In this document: in pieces, positions 19,155-28,342 of the stretch
Position numbering within the stretch: position 1 is the stretch's first letter
Layout: each line of letters starts with the position of its first letter
Assembly (NCBI GenBank): GCA_964567125.1
Contig: CAZMLC010000001.1
Span: 1-59,477, forward strand
Source: an uncultured Akkermansia sp.
Lineage (GTDB): Bacteria > Verrucomicrobiota > Kiritimatiellia > RFP12 > UBA1067
DNA length: 59,477 bases
Reading direction: 5' to 3'
The notes under the pieces: model-generated
Databases searched by the model: none
What the model was told of the DNA's origin: nothing
What the model saw: the letters and a program-made list of their open reading frames with translations, nothing else
Position numbers and translations under genes: made by a program

Positions 19155-19895
19155 ATGCCACTCAGAGAAGACTTTGAACGTTCCGGTAATTGGTTGTTTC
19201 GTTGGCGCAGTTTTCTACCGGTCATCGCACTCGTCGCGTTTGCACTCATTATCAAGGAGTTTACTTTTATTGGGAATAGCGAACGACTGGACCAGCTGTG
19301 GGAACTCTTTTGTTTAAGTGTTAGTTTCTTCGGACTTGGAATCCGCATCCTGACGATCGGACATACACCATACGGAACGTCAGGGCGCAACACGCACCGT
19401 CAGGTTGCCGAGACGTTGAATACCACAGGGCTCTACTCCACGGTCAGAAATCCACTCTATCTCGGGAACTATTTCATGAGCCTTGGCGTTGTTCTTTTTC
19501 TTCATCTGTGGTGGCTGGTACTGATCTATACGCTCATCTTCTGGCTGTATTACGAACGTATTATTTTTGCCGAAGAGGAGTTTTTACGAAACAAGTTTGG
19601 TCAAACCTATTTGGATTGGGCCAATGCTACCCCCGTATTTATTCCCTCATTTGCACACTATAAACGGCCAGCGCTTCGATTTTCGGCAAAAAATGTGTTA
19701 CGCCGTGAATACAATGGTTTCTTTGCCGTGATCATCCTTATGTTTATTCTCGAAGTGATTGGCGATGTAGTTGTTGAAGGGCATCTTCACTTCGATACGA
19801 GATGGCTAATTTTCCTGGTCATCGGCTTTTCTGTTTGGATCACCTTGCGGTTCTTAAAAAAACACACGACGCTTCTTGACGTCGAAGGACGATAA
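19155..19895 (+). CDS. Isoprenylcysteine carboxyl methyltransferase (ICMT/PEMT)-family membrane methyltransferase
   Basis: 246 aa, polytopic. Core LNTTGLYSTVRNPLYLGN...YYERIIFAEEEFLRNKFG. Confidence 0.7.
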   Translation: MPLREDFERSGNWLFRWRSFLPVIALVAFALIIKEFTFIGNSERLDQLWELFCLSVSFFGLGIRILTIGHTPYGTSGRNTHRQVAETLNTTGLYSTVRNPLYLGNYFMSLGVVLFLHLWWLVLIYTLIFWLYYERIIFAEEEFLRNKFGQTYLDWANATPVFIPSFAHYKRPALRFSAKNVLRREYNGFFAVIILMFILEVIGDVVVEGHLHFDTRWLIFLVIGFSVWITLRFLKKHTTLLDVEGR

Positions 19896-19928
19896 GATCG
19901 TTTTCTCATCTCAAGGAACACATTGGTT

Positions 19929-20537
19929 ATGAATATGCTCATTGAACATCTTCGACTACCCCTATCGCGCATCGCAGCCGCCATCGGACTTTTTTTTCTC
20001 TGCAGTACCACCAGTTATTGGGATACGAAGAACTCGGCAGTCTCATTTGTTTTGTTTCTCATCGGCATGTTTCTTGTCGCCATTGCATCGCTGGGACGGA
20101 TGTGGTGTTCCCTGTACATCGCCGGCTATAAAGATCAAAAATTAATTACTAAAGGGCCCTATTCGCTGTGTAGAAACCCACTTTATTTTTTCAGCATGCT
20201 CGGTGGTATCGGCATAGGCTTCGCAACGGAAACACTGACATTCCCGCCCCTCCTTGCGCTGTTGTTTTCCGTCTACTATCCCTTTGTGATCAAAAGCGAA
20301 GAGCGGCGATTGGAACGTTTTTTCGGAGCTGATTTTATTGATTATAAAAAACACGTTCCTTCATTCTTTCCGCGTTTTTCAGGATTTGATGAGCCTGAGC
20401 AGTACGCTGTGAATCCTGGAGTCTATCGTAATCACATTTTCAGTGCACTATGGTTTATCTGGATTGTTGGCATTCTTGAAGTTCTCGAAGGCCTCAAGGA
20501 AATCGGATTCATCGGCTCATTGTGGACCATTTACTGA
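19929..20537 (+). CDS. ICMT/PEMT-family membrane methyltransferase (tandem paralogue)
   Basis: Core LITKGPYSLCRNPLYFFS...YYPFVIKSEERRLERFFG aligns with the upstream gene. The ORF track starts at TTG 19923; the first ATG is at 19929. Confidence 0.7.
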   Translation: MNMLIEHLRLPLSRIAAAIGLFFLCSTTSYWDTKNSAVSFVLFLIGMFLVAIASLGRMWCSLYIAGYKDQKLITKGPYSLCRNPLYFFSMLGGIGIGFATETLTFPPLLALLFSVYYPFVIKSEERRLERFFGADFIDYKKHVPSFFPRFSGFDEPEQYAVNPGVYRNHIFSALWFIWIVGILEVLEGLKEIGFIGSLWTIY

Positions 20538-22291
20538 TCCAGCTGCGATAGTGTAATGCGCTGAAGTCCCCGCACGGCATTTAAAAAATAAATCGCTTCG
20601 CACTGCGCAAGCTCATCTACGCGGATGACGCGTTCCGTCAAACGTCCCTCCTGGAGCAGCGCGGCGCGTAACGTACCGGCCAGCAGTCCGCAGGAAAGCG
20701 GCGGCGTGTAGAGCGTCCCGTTCAGCTGCACGGCAAGATTCGCGATAGTACTCTCGGTCACTTCCCCTGTTTCGTTGAACAGCACCACATCGTCCGCGCC
20801 CGGACATTCCGCCAGCGCCTGCTGATACATCGCACGATGCGTCGTCTTGTGATAGAGAAACACATTGTGGCGCTCAATCGGGCTCTTTGCCAGTGCGACG
20901 CGTCCAAAGGTGGCAGCCGTCGCGGCTGCCACGCACGTAACATGAACAGCGCCGTCCCGCGCAACGGTCAGGCGCACACGCAGACACTCGCGTGCAGCGT
21001 GAACCGCACGCTGTAACGCCGCTTTCACAGCTGCCACGTCGAGCGGAATGCCAAAGTATGCCGCTGAGCGCGCAAGCCGATCCAGATGCAAGGCTTCCAG
21101 CCAATACCCCTCCGCAGGATCCCACCGCAACGTTTCGAGCAAAGCGAAGTCGCGCGGATACGGACGCAATGCGCGCGACTTGGTCAATGTCTCCGCATAT
21201 TCGGCGGTCGCATTCGAATCCCAGACGATCCCGCCACCCACACCGTATTCCCCGCACCCCTGCTCGGTATTGAGCAAGACCGTACGGATGGCCACGTTGA
21301 ACTGCGCGCGTTGTCCAGGTGCAAGGTAACCTATGCACCCCGTATAAATGCGGCGCGGCGACTGTTCCAGCTCGCGGATCATCTGCATGGTACGCCGCTT
21401 TGGTGCACCCGTGATCGAAGCCGGCGGAAAGAGCGCCTGCAATACGGCGACCGTGGAGACCTCTGATTGCGCCTCTACGGTTGAGGTCAGCTGCCAGACC
21501 GTGGGATATTTTTCAGGTGTGAAAAGAGAGGGAACCTGTACGCTGCCGGGACGGGCGATGCGTCCAAAATCGTTGCGGACCATATCGACGATCATCACGT
21601 TTTCAGCGCGTTCCTTCTCGGAGTGCACAAGCGCATCGCAATATGCCAGATCGGCCTCAACGGTCACGCCGCGCGGACGTGTCCCTTTCATGGGGCGCGA
21701 CGTCAGATGCGTCCCTTCGCGTTGGAAAAAAAGCTCCGGCGAAAAACTGCAAATCGACCACGCCCCGGTCTGCACATACGCCGCAAACGGCACCTCTCCC
21801 GCCAGTTCGCAAAATAGCGCCCAGCTATCGACCTGCTGCTTCATGCGCATCCGATAGGTATAGTTCACCTGATAGGTTTCGCCCGATTGGATGGCCGCAC
21901 GGATATTGCGGAGTGCGGCATCATACGCCGACGACGAAGATTCCGGACACCAGTCGAGCGCAGCGGCAACCTGTTCCACGGGGACAGGAGCAGGACAGAC
22001 CTGCACGGATGAAAAGAGCCCGAACCAGATCAAGGGGAATTCTGCATCCGTTCGCGCAGGAAGGGTTGGATCAAAGGCTGGAGCCGCCTCGTACGAAATA
22101 AAGCCAGCGGCATAGAGCTGTTCGCGTTCAACACGCGCTTCCAGTTCCTCTAAGAGCGGCACGACATCGCACAAATCCGACGTGGAATAACACGCCAGTG
22201 GCGCGGAAAATTCACGCCACTGGTCTGACAACGCATCGTGCAGAACAACGCGTGGCTCTTGCGCGTTTTTTCCCGTGCCGCATCGTGTCAT
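20531..22291 (-). CDS. pabB: Bifunctional chorismate-binding enzyme / class IV aminotransferase (aminodeoxychorismate synthase component I fused to ADC lyase-like domain)
   Basis: 586 aa. Residues ~120-378 carry FSPELFF, SRPMKGTRPRG, AENVMIVDMVRND, GAPK and GGGIVWDS. Residues ~381-586 carry class-IV-like YHKTTHR and NLAV..NGTLYTPP..CGLLAGTLR. Confidence 0.75.
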   Translation of the reverse strand: MTRCGTGKNAQEPRVVLHDALSDQWREFSAPLACYSTSDLCDVVPLLEELEARVEREQLYAAGFISYEAAPAFDPTLPARTDAEFPLIWFGLFSSVQVCPAPVPVEQVAAALDWCPESSSSAYDAALRNIRAAIQSGETYQVNYTYRMRMKQQVDSWALFCELAGEVPFAAYVQTGAWSICSFSPELFFQREGTHLTSRPMKGTRPRGVTVEADLAYCDALVHSEKERAENVMIVDMVRNDFGRIARPGSVQVPSLFTPEKYPTVWQLTSTVEAQSEVSTVAVLQALFPPASITGAPKRRTMQMIRELEQSPRRIYTGCIGYLAPGQRAQFNVAIRTVLLNTEQGCGEYGVGGGIVWDSNATAEYAETLTKSRALRPYPRDFALLETLRWDPAEGYWLEALHLDRLARSAAYFGIPLDVAAVKAALQRAVHAARECLRVRLTVARDGAVHVTCVAAATAATFGRVALAKSPIERHNVFLYHKTTHRAMYQQALAECPGADDVVLFNETGEVTESTIANLAVQLNGTLYTPPLSCGLLAGTLRAALLQEGRLTERVIRVDELAQCEAIYFLNAVRGLQRITLSQLDQ

Positions 22292-22295
22292 GCTG

Positions 22296-23021
22296 TTACT
22301 TCAGCTTACCCGCAGGACCTGTCGCCGTCGCCGCGGCATCCAGCGTCTTTTTCGCATCCTCCGCAGTTGCAGGTGTCAGGCCCAGCGCATTGAGACAACA
22401 CGCGCTCACCGCCTTACCGAGAATCTGAACGCCTTCTTTCTTGTAGTGATAGGTATCGCTCCAGTAGGTTTCGCGCGACAGTGGATCCATGAGCGAAAAG
22501 AGGTCGTTAACAGGGATTTTCTCCGCAGTCGTCACACGGGCGGCAATGGCATTAAGTTCCTTTGCGCGCGCAGTCAGCTCCGGACTTTTAAGCGGCGTTG
22601 ATTGCGCCCAGATCAGTTTTGCTTTCGGCGCCTTCTGCTGAATCAGATGGAGCGCGGCGCGCAGATTTTTCTCCCAGTTGGCGCGGTCGCTGCCCAAACT
22701 ATGCAACCCGTTATTAAAGTGGACCACGGCATACGGGTGTTCATCCAGCAGAAAGGACAACGCCGTCATATAGCTCGCATCGTTCAGACATTTTGATGTC
22801 GCGAAAAAGGTCACGTAAGCCCGTCCAGCCAAGGCGGTCTTGACTTCATCGCGATATTGATTGCAAATCGAGTCACCAATCAGCAAGACGCGCGGCAAGT
22901 CGCTCTTATTGGCATTGAAAGAATAGGAGACGATCCATTCTGTGGCTTCACGCGGATGCTGCTGCGCGTTTGCCCCGAGAACACACGACACCATGATTAG
23001 CCCGACGATTAACCTGTTCAT
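22296..23021 (-). CDS. Secreted SGNH/GDSL-family hydrolase
   Basis: 241 aa with a signal peptide. Block I VLLIGDSICNQY, NNG block, and C-terminal DTYHY (D-x-x-H). Confidence 0.7.
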   Translation of the reverse strand: MNRLIVGLIMVSCVLGANAQQHPREATEWIVSYSFNANKSDLPRVLLIGDSICNQYRDEVKTALAGRAYVTFFATSKCLNDASYMTALSFLLDEHPYAVVHFNNGLHSLGSDRANWEKNLRAALHLIQQKAPKAKLIWAQSTPLKSPELTARAKELNAIAARVTTAEKIPVNDLFSLMDPLSRETYWSDTYHYKKEGVQILGKAVSACCLNALGLTPATAEDAKKTLDAAATATGPAGKLK

Positions 23022-23206
23022 GATCTGCTCACTTTCGTTTGATTGCGAATGAAGGATTAAAGGGATTATTATAAAAGTGACTGCGCTGACTTACGAGTAA
23101 AAACGTTGAAATCGCAGCGTAAAAATCCCCACCTGTTTTCTCATCGCATGAGAACCTTTTCTGTGTTAAGCTTAACCCATATTGATGAAGGGGGGAATTC
23201 TTCTAC

Positions 23207-25756
23207 ATGAACCGTATTTGTGCAGGGATTAGTGTCATCGGCATAGGGCTGTTGAGCCTTGCCGATGACGGCTACATGCTTCCAGAAGCGCTCACCAGTC
23301 AGGCGCCTAAAGCCGACCATGTCTTGCAATGCATGGAGACGCGCGTGGCAACCAACGTATGGAAAAATTTCGTGGCTACGCATCAAGCGCCCTTTTGGCT
23401 CTTCGGGGAGGATCGCTTCCATGCCGTGCGCAACGCCATTATTCCTGCGCATTGGTTTCCCGCTGCGCAGACGCTCACTACGTTTCGCGGCAAGGCCCAG
23501 CCCAACGAGTATTATGTCTTTCAGGTCTGCGTCGTCAGCGAACATGCGCGTGCGTTAACCTGGAGCAGCGATTGCCCGCGGCTCGAAGCCATTACCCCTC
23601 ATTCAGCCCGCGTTTCCGCGCAGGGTGTCAAGCCCCTCTGGGTCGGCATCGCGATGCAGGATAAACCCGTCAAGGGAACCGTGACGGTTACTGCGGATGG
23701 CGTTTCACAAACGCTGGCCTTCCGCATCGATATAGACGGTGCGCCTGTTGCCGATCACGGGATTCACGATGCTTGGCGATTGGCCCGCCTGCGTTGGCTA
23801 AACTCCACGCGAGGCGACTCGGAAACCGATGTGCCGCGTCCGTTTACCGCACTTCAGGTTGACACCGCCACGCGGACGATTCGCTTGCTCGGACGCACCG
23901 TCGTTCTCTCTAATCTGGGACTGCCCGCGCAATACACCAGCTACTTCACTGGCAGCAACGCGCGCATCATCGAGACGGGCCGTCCGTTCTTCAGCGCTGC
24001 ACCCCAGTTCAGTATTGATCATGCAACTTGGATCGCAAAAAACTTTTCGTTTACAAAAATCACGCCGGTTCGTGTTGAGTGGCAGGCGACCGCTGAAGCT
24101 GGCTCGATCCGGTTGACCACCACTGGCGTTCTTGAAATGGACGGTTCTTGCTCCATTCAAATGGCGGTCCGCGGCGATCAAGCAATCAACGAAGCACGCC
24201 TGACCCTTCCAATCGATGCAGCCTGTGCGCACTATGCGATGGGACTGGGACAAAAAGGGGGATTCTTCCCAAAACAGCTGAACTGGAAATGGAATGTCAA
24301 CCATCAGCAGGACGCCTTCTGGGCTGGACTTCCGAACGCAGGAATGATGTTTCGACTCAAGGACGATCATTTTGAGCGCGCGCTGATCAACGCCTATTAT
24401 GCATGGAAGAAACTGAAAGCGCCCCGCTCCTGGGGCAACGGCGGTGTTCGGCTGGAAGGCACAACACTCGTCGCCTACTCCGGAAAACAGCAGCTTACGG
24501 AGCAACCGCTCGTCTACGGCGTTGATTTCTACTTCACCCCTTTTAAGCCGCTCGATCTGCGCAAGCAACTGACAGATCGCTACTATCACGTCGGGCAGCA
24601 CAAACGGATTGCTTCTGAGCAAATCCGCGCAACCGGCGCCAACGTTGCGATTTACCATCACAACACCGTGCAAAACCCCTACATCAACTACCCCTACAAT
24701 GCCGACAGTATCGGCTATCTTGCGCAAACAGTTCACAGCAACCGCCAGCAAAACATCCGCACAAAGGTCTATTACACCACGCGTGAAATCACGCAGAACT
24801 TCCCCGAATTTTTTGCGCTCTACAGTCTCGACGGCGAAGTCATTCTGCCACGCGATCCCGCGATTCCAGGGTGGCCCTGTACCAACAAGGACGGACCGCA
24901 TGAATGGCTGATGCAGCATGTCGGAAGCGCCATCCTCCCCGCATGGCGAGAGACGATCCGTTTCAAGGAGTATCCGTCCGGAACGCTGGATCTGGCAGTC
25001 ATTACGACGCCCGATTCGCGCTGGAATAATTTCTTCCTTGAGGGTTTGAATTACCTCGTCCAGTATGTCGGGATTGATGGCATTTACATCGACGACACGA
25101 TGCTCGACCGCAAATCCATGCAGCGCGCACGCCGCATCCTCGATGCCGATGGCAATCCAGGTCGACGGATCGACATGCACTCCTGGAGTCACTGGAGCAG
25201 TCTGGCCGGCTCCAGCCCTTCCGCCCTGATCTTCATGGAACTTTTCCCCTACTATGACAAACTCTGGTTCGGGGAAGGCTTTAATTACAATTCGCCCCCT
25301 GAATATTATCTGACGGAAATATCGGGCATCCCGTATGGTCTCATGAGCGAGATGCTGCAGCATGGCGGCAATCGGTGGCGCGGCATGGTCTACGGTATGA
25401 CAGCGCGTCTACCTTGGAGCGGAGATCCCCGCCCCTTATGGGCATTCTTTGATACAACCCGCCTCGGCGATGCCGAGATGATCGGCTACTGGGATCCTGA
25501 AACCCCGATACGCTCGAACCAACCGCTCTGTCCTGTCACCGTCTACGCAGGCAAAAATAACCACCTCGTTTTAGCGATCGCCAATTTTACGCAACAGGAT
25601 CAGCAGTGCCAACTCCACAGCAAAATACCGCTGGACACGCTGAAAATCCCGGCGATTGCAGATTTCCAAACTGCACAGGAACTCATGCCCGACCAGCCAT
25701 TTACTGTTCCGGCTGGCAAAGGATTCCTGATGTGCACACAACCTCGAACACACTGA
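23207..25756 (+). CDS. Large exported uncharacterised protein, putative glycoside hydrolase (possibly DUF4091/GH123-like or DUF6067-like)
   Basis: 849-aa ORF with a gaagggggg SD and a signal peptide. The central/C-terminal region contains IDGIYIDDT and WFGEGFNY, suggesting a TIM barrel. The family assignment is a guess. Confidence 0.5.
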   Translation: MNRICAGISVIGIGLLSLADDGYMLPEALTSQAPKADHVLQCMETRVATNVWKNFVATHQAPFWLFGEDRFHAVRNAIIPAHWFPAAQTLTTFRGKAQPNEYYVFQVCVVSEHARALTWSSDCPRLEAITPHSARVSAQGVKPLWVGIAMQDKPVKGTVTVTADGVSQTLAFRIDIDGAPVADHGIHDAWRLARLRWLNSTRGDSETDVPRPFTALQVDTATRTIRLLGRTVVLSNLGLPAQYTSYFTGSNARIIETGRPFFSAAPQFSIDHATWIAKNFSFTKITPVRVEWQATAEAGSIRLTTTGVLEMDGSCSIQMAVRGDQAINEARLTLPIDAACAHYAMGLGQKGGFFPKQLNWKWNVNHQQDAFWAGLPNAGMMFRLKDDHFERALINAYYAWKKLKAPRSWGNGGVRLEGTTLVAYSGKQQLTEQPLVYGVDFYFTPFKPLDLRKQLTDRYYHVGQHKRIASEQIRATGANVAIYHHNTVQNPYINYPYNADSIGYLAQTVHSNRQQNIRTKVYYTTREITQNFPEFFALYSLDGEVILPRDPAIPGWPCTNKDGPHEWLMQHVGSAILPAWRETIRFKEYPSGTLDLAVITTPDSRWNNFFLEGLNYLVQYVGIDGIYIDDTMLDRKSMQRARRILDADGNPGRRIDMHSWSHWSSLAGSSPSALIFMELFPYYDKLWFGEGFNYNSPPEYYLTEISGIPYGLMSEMLQHGGNRWRGMVYGMTARLPWSGDPRPLWAFFDTTRLGDAEMIGYWDPETPIRSNQPLCPVTVYAGKNNHLVLAIANFTQQDQQCQLHSKIPLDTLKIPAIADFQTAQELMPDQPFTVPAGKGFLMCTQPRTH

Positions 25757-25770
25757 AAACAAGGAGATCC

Positions 25771-27153
25771 ATGAAAGCTACCGCGCTCAACCGCCGTTCA
25801 TTCCTCGCCGCAACAGCGGCCTTCAGTATCATGCCGCGCCACGTGATCGCCAACAGCGGCCAAACACCCCCGAGTGAAACCGTCTACGCAGCGGCTGTCG
25901 GTGTGGGCGGACAAGGGCGCACCGTGATGCAGCAGTTCTTGCGCTATGGCAAAATCGTCGCGCTGGCCGACGTTGATCCGCGCCAAATCAGCCATGCAAA
26001 AAAACTGGCTCCGGACGCACAGGTTTTCGAGGACTATCAGGAACTCTACAGCAAATTGGGTAGCTCGTTTGATGCGGTCATCGTTGCGACGCCTGACCAC
26101 TGGCATGCCCTGCCCTCCATCCACGCCATGCAGCTCGGCAAGCATGTCTACCTTGAAAAACCGCTGGCACGCACCATTGAAGAGGTCCGCGCACTCATCG
26201 CCGCGGCTAACCGTTACCGCGTGGTCACGCAGATGGGCAATCAAGGACGCTCATTCGAAAGCAACCGCGTCTTTGCCTCGTGGGTAGAAAAAGGGATTCT
26301 CGGACGCATTCAAGAGGTTCACACGTGGGTGACTATGCGGTTGATTGACTCGAAGAGCAAACTCGCTGATCTACCGACGCATTACGATCTCCCCGCTGGC
26401 ATGAATTGGGAGAAATGGATCGGTCCGGCGCAGTTTCACGCCTACAATCCGGCCTTCTGTCCAGGAGTCTGGCGCGGCTGGACGCCCTTCGGCACGGGCA
26501 ACGCCGGCGACTGGGGATGTCATCTGATCGACCCGCTCTTTACCGCGCTTGACTTGCAGCCGCCGCGCACGATCCAGGCGGAGGTCACGCCAGGCTGGGC
26601 TCCGGAGAAGGATGCACTCGCCTTCCCCAATGCCAACCGCATCACCTTCGAGTATGAACTGGCCAATCGCAAGACGCTCAAGGTTCTGTGGCACGACGGC
26701 GAATTCTGCAATGAGGTTCCGCGTCCGCCGATGCTGGAACCGGATCGCGACCTCGGCAACAGACTGAGCAAGGAGTGGCGTGCCGGCGCCGTCGTATACG
26801 GAACCGAAAACGCACTCATCTATGGTTCGCACGGTGCCAGCGGCGCACGCGTCATACCCGAAGCGCGGATGAAGGATCTCATTCAGGCCAACGTCTTTGA
26901 CGCGCGCAAGAATCTGGGTGTCGGTGACCACATGCGCGACTTCCTCAACGCGATCAAGGCAGGCCGGCGCGCCAACAGTGATTTCCGCGTGGCAGGACTC
27001 ACTGCGGAAGCCGCCCTGCTCGGTTCGATTGCCTGCCGCAATCCGAATACGAAGCTGGAATGGGATACCGCGGCCATGCGCTTTGTCAACAATCCTCGGG
27101 CTGACGCCATGGTCAAAGCCAACTATCGCAAAGGCTATACCCTGCCCAGTTAA
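25771..27153 (+). CDS. Tat-exported Gfo/Idh/MocA family oxidoreductase
   Basis: I chose the ATG at 25771, after aaggag. Twin-arginine motif [12 protein letters not shown]. Motifs [17 protein letters not shown] and YLEKPL. Confidence 0.8.
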   Translation: MKATALNRRSFLAATAAFSIMPRHVIANSGQTPPSETVYAAAVGVGGQGRTVMQQFLRYGKIVALADVDPRQISHAKKLAPDAQVFEDYQELYSKLGSSFDAVIVATPDHWHALPSIHAMQLGKHVYLEKPLARTIEEVRALIAAANRYRVVTQMGNQGRSFESNRVFASWVEKGILGRIQEVHTWVTMRLIDSKSKLADLPTHYDLPAGMNWEKWIGPAQFHAYNPAFCPGVWRGWTPFGTGNAGDWGCHLIDPLFTALDLQPPRTIQAEVTPGWAPEKDALAFPNANRITFEYELANRKTLKVLWHDGEFCNEVPRPPMLEPDRDLGNRLSKEWRAGAVVYGTENALIYGSHGASGARVIPEARMKDLIQANVFDARKNLGVGDHMRDFLNAIKAGRRANSDFRVAGLTAEAALLGSIACRNPNTKLEWDTAAMRFVNNPRADAMVKANYRKGYTLPS

Positions 27154-27170
27154 CGAACGATGCACCCATA

Positions 27171-27209
27171 AAAAAAGCGCTGCACGGAACTCCGCGCAGC
27201 GCCTTTTTT
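27171..27209. terminator. Bidirectional rho-independent terminator between convergent genes
   Basis: A6 tract, then an 11-bp stem (27177-27187 / 27192-27202, one mismatch) with loop aact, then a T6 tract. Confidence 0.6.
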
Positions 27210-27222
27210 ACAGTGTACCCGC

Positions 27223-28296
27223 TTACAGCGACGCAGCCACCAGATCGCCGATCTGCGTGGTGGTGAAACCCATCTGGTTCGCCAGCTGGCTCTTCATCTT
27301 CGGGGTTGTCTTTGCAATTGAAGCCTCAATCGCTGCGGCCGCCTGCTCTTCGCCCAGCGCGTTCAGCATCATGGCCGCCGCACCGATCGCGGCGATCGGA
27401 TTGATCGCATTCTTACCGGTCCACATCGGCGCCGTACCGCCAATCGGCTCAAACATGCTGACGCCCGCGGGATTGATATTTCCACCAGCGGCAACGCCGA
27501 GTCCGCCTTGCGTAATGGCGGCAAGGTCGGTGATGATATCGCCGAACATATTTTCCGTCACGATCACATCGAACATCTCCGGGCAGGAAACCATGTAGAG
27601 ACAGGTTGCATCCACGTGATAATATTCGCGCTTCACATCGGGGTATTCAGCACCGATTTCAGCGAACACACGATTCCACAGTTCATACATGTAGGTCAGC
27701 ACATTGGACTTGCCGACCAGCGCCAACGTATTGTTCTCGCCGACACCGCGCGCCTTTTTACCATACTTGCGCGCATAGTCGAACGCGTAACGCATGCAGC
27801 GTGCAACCTGGTCATAGGTATACATCATCTGCTGAATCGCCACTTCGTCCTTGGTCCCCTTGCGCGAAAGACCGCCGATCCCCGTATAGAGGCCGCCGCT
27901 ATTCTCGCGAATCACACAGTAATCGATATGCTTCTCGGTTTTATCGCGCAACGGACTCTGCACACCCGGATAGAGTTTGACCGGACGGAGGTTGATGTAC
28001 TGATCCAATTCAAAACGGAGTTTAAGCAGAACACCCTTCTCCAAAATGCCGGGCTTGATGTCCGTGTGGCCAATTGCACCAAGGTAGATCGTATCGACTT
28101 TACGCAGCTCATTCAACGTCTCATCCGAGATCGTTTCCCCTGTGCGCAAATAACGCGCGCCGCCGAGATCGTAGGTGACCTTTTCCAGTTTGAATCCGAA
28201 TTTCTGTGCAGCGGCATCTAAAACCTTGCACCCTTCACCAATCACCTCTGGCCCTGTTCCATCACCGGGGAGAACTGCTAACGTGTATGTCTTCAT
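27223..28296 (-). CDS. leuB: Isopropylmalate/tartrate dehydrogenase-family enzyme (probable 3-isopropylmalate dehydrogenase)
   Basis: 357 aa. [35 protein letters not shown] and [11 protein letters not shown]. There are no leuCD neighbours, so substrate specificity is uncertain. Confidence 0.65.
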   Translation of the reverse strand: MKTYTLAVLPGDGTGPEVIGEGCKVLDAAAQKFGFKLEKVTYDLGGARYLRTGETISDETLNELRKVDTIYLGAIGHTDIKPGILEKGVLLKLRFELDQYINLRPVKLYPGVQSPLRDKTEKHIDYCVIRENSGGLYTGIGGLSRKGTKDEVAIQQMMYTYDQVARCMRYAFDYARKYGKKARGVGENNTLALVGKSNVLTYMYELWNRVFAEIGAEYPDVKREYYHVDATCLYMVSCPEMFDVIVTENMFGDIITDLAAITQGGLGVAAGGNINPAGVSMFEPIGGTAPMWTGKNAINPIAAIGAAAMMLNALGEEQAAAAIEASIAKTTPKMKSQLANQMGFTTTQIGDLVAASL

Positions 28297-28342
28297 CGTT
28301 GTCTTATTCCTTCGCGTTGTTATCCAAACAGCATCCTTGCTC

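Noticed and set aside
19990-19997. T8 homopolymer inside the second ICMT gene, and A8 at 57044-57051 inside the channel gene, as phase-variation tracts
   Set aside because: The tracts are short, both reading frames are intact, and nothing indicates contingency-locus behaviour.
23798-25363. 521-aa ORF antisense to the 849-aa gene
   Set aside because: It is Arg/Val/Gly/Asp-rich, as is typical of a shadow ORF opposite a G+C-rich coding frame. It has no signal, SD or recognisable motif. The plus-strand ORF has a signal peptide, an SD and protein-like composition.
25606-25770. Upstream extension of the second Gfo/Idh/MocA ORF
   Set aside because: It overlaps the 3' end of the preceding gene. The ATG at 25771 has an aaggag SD and begins directly with the Tat signal.
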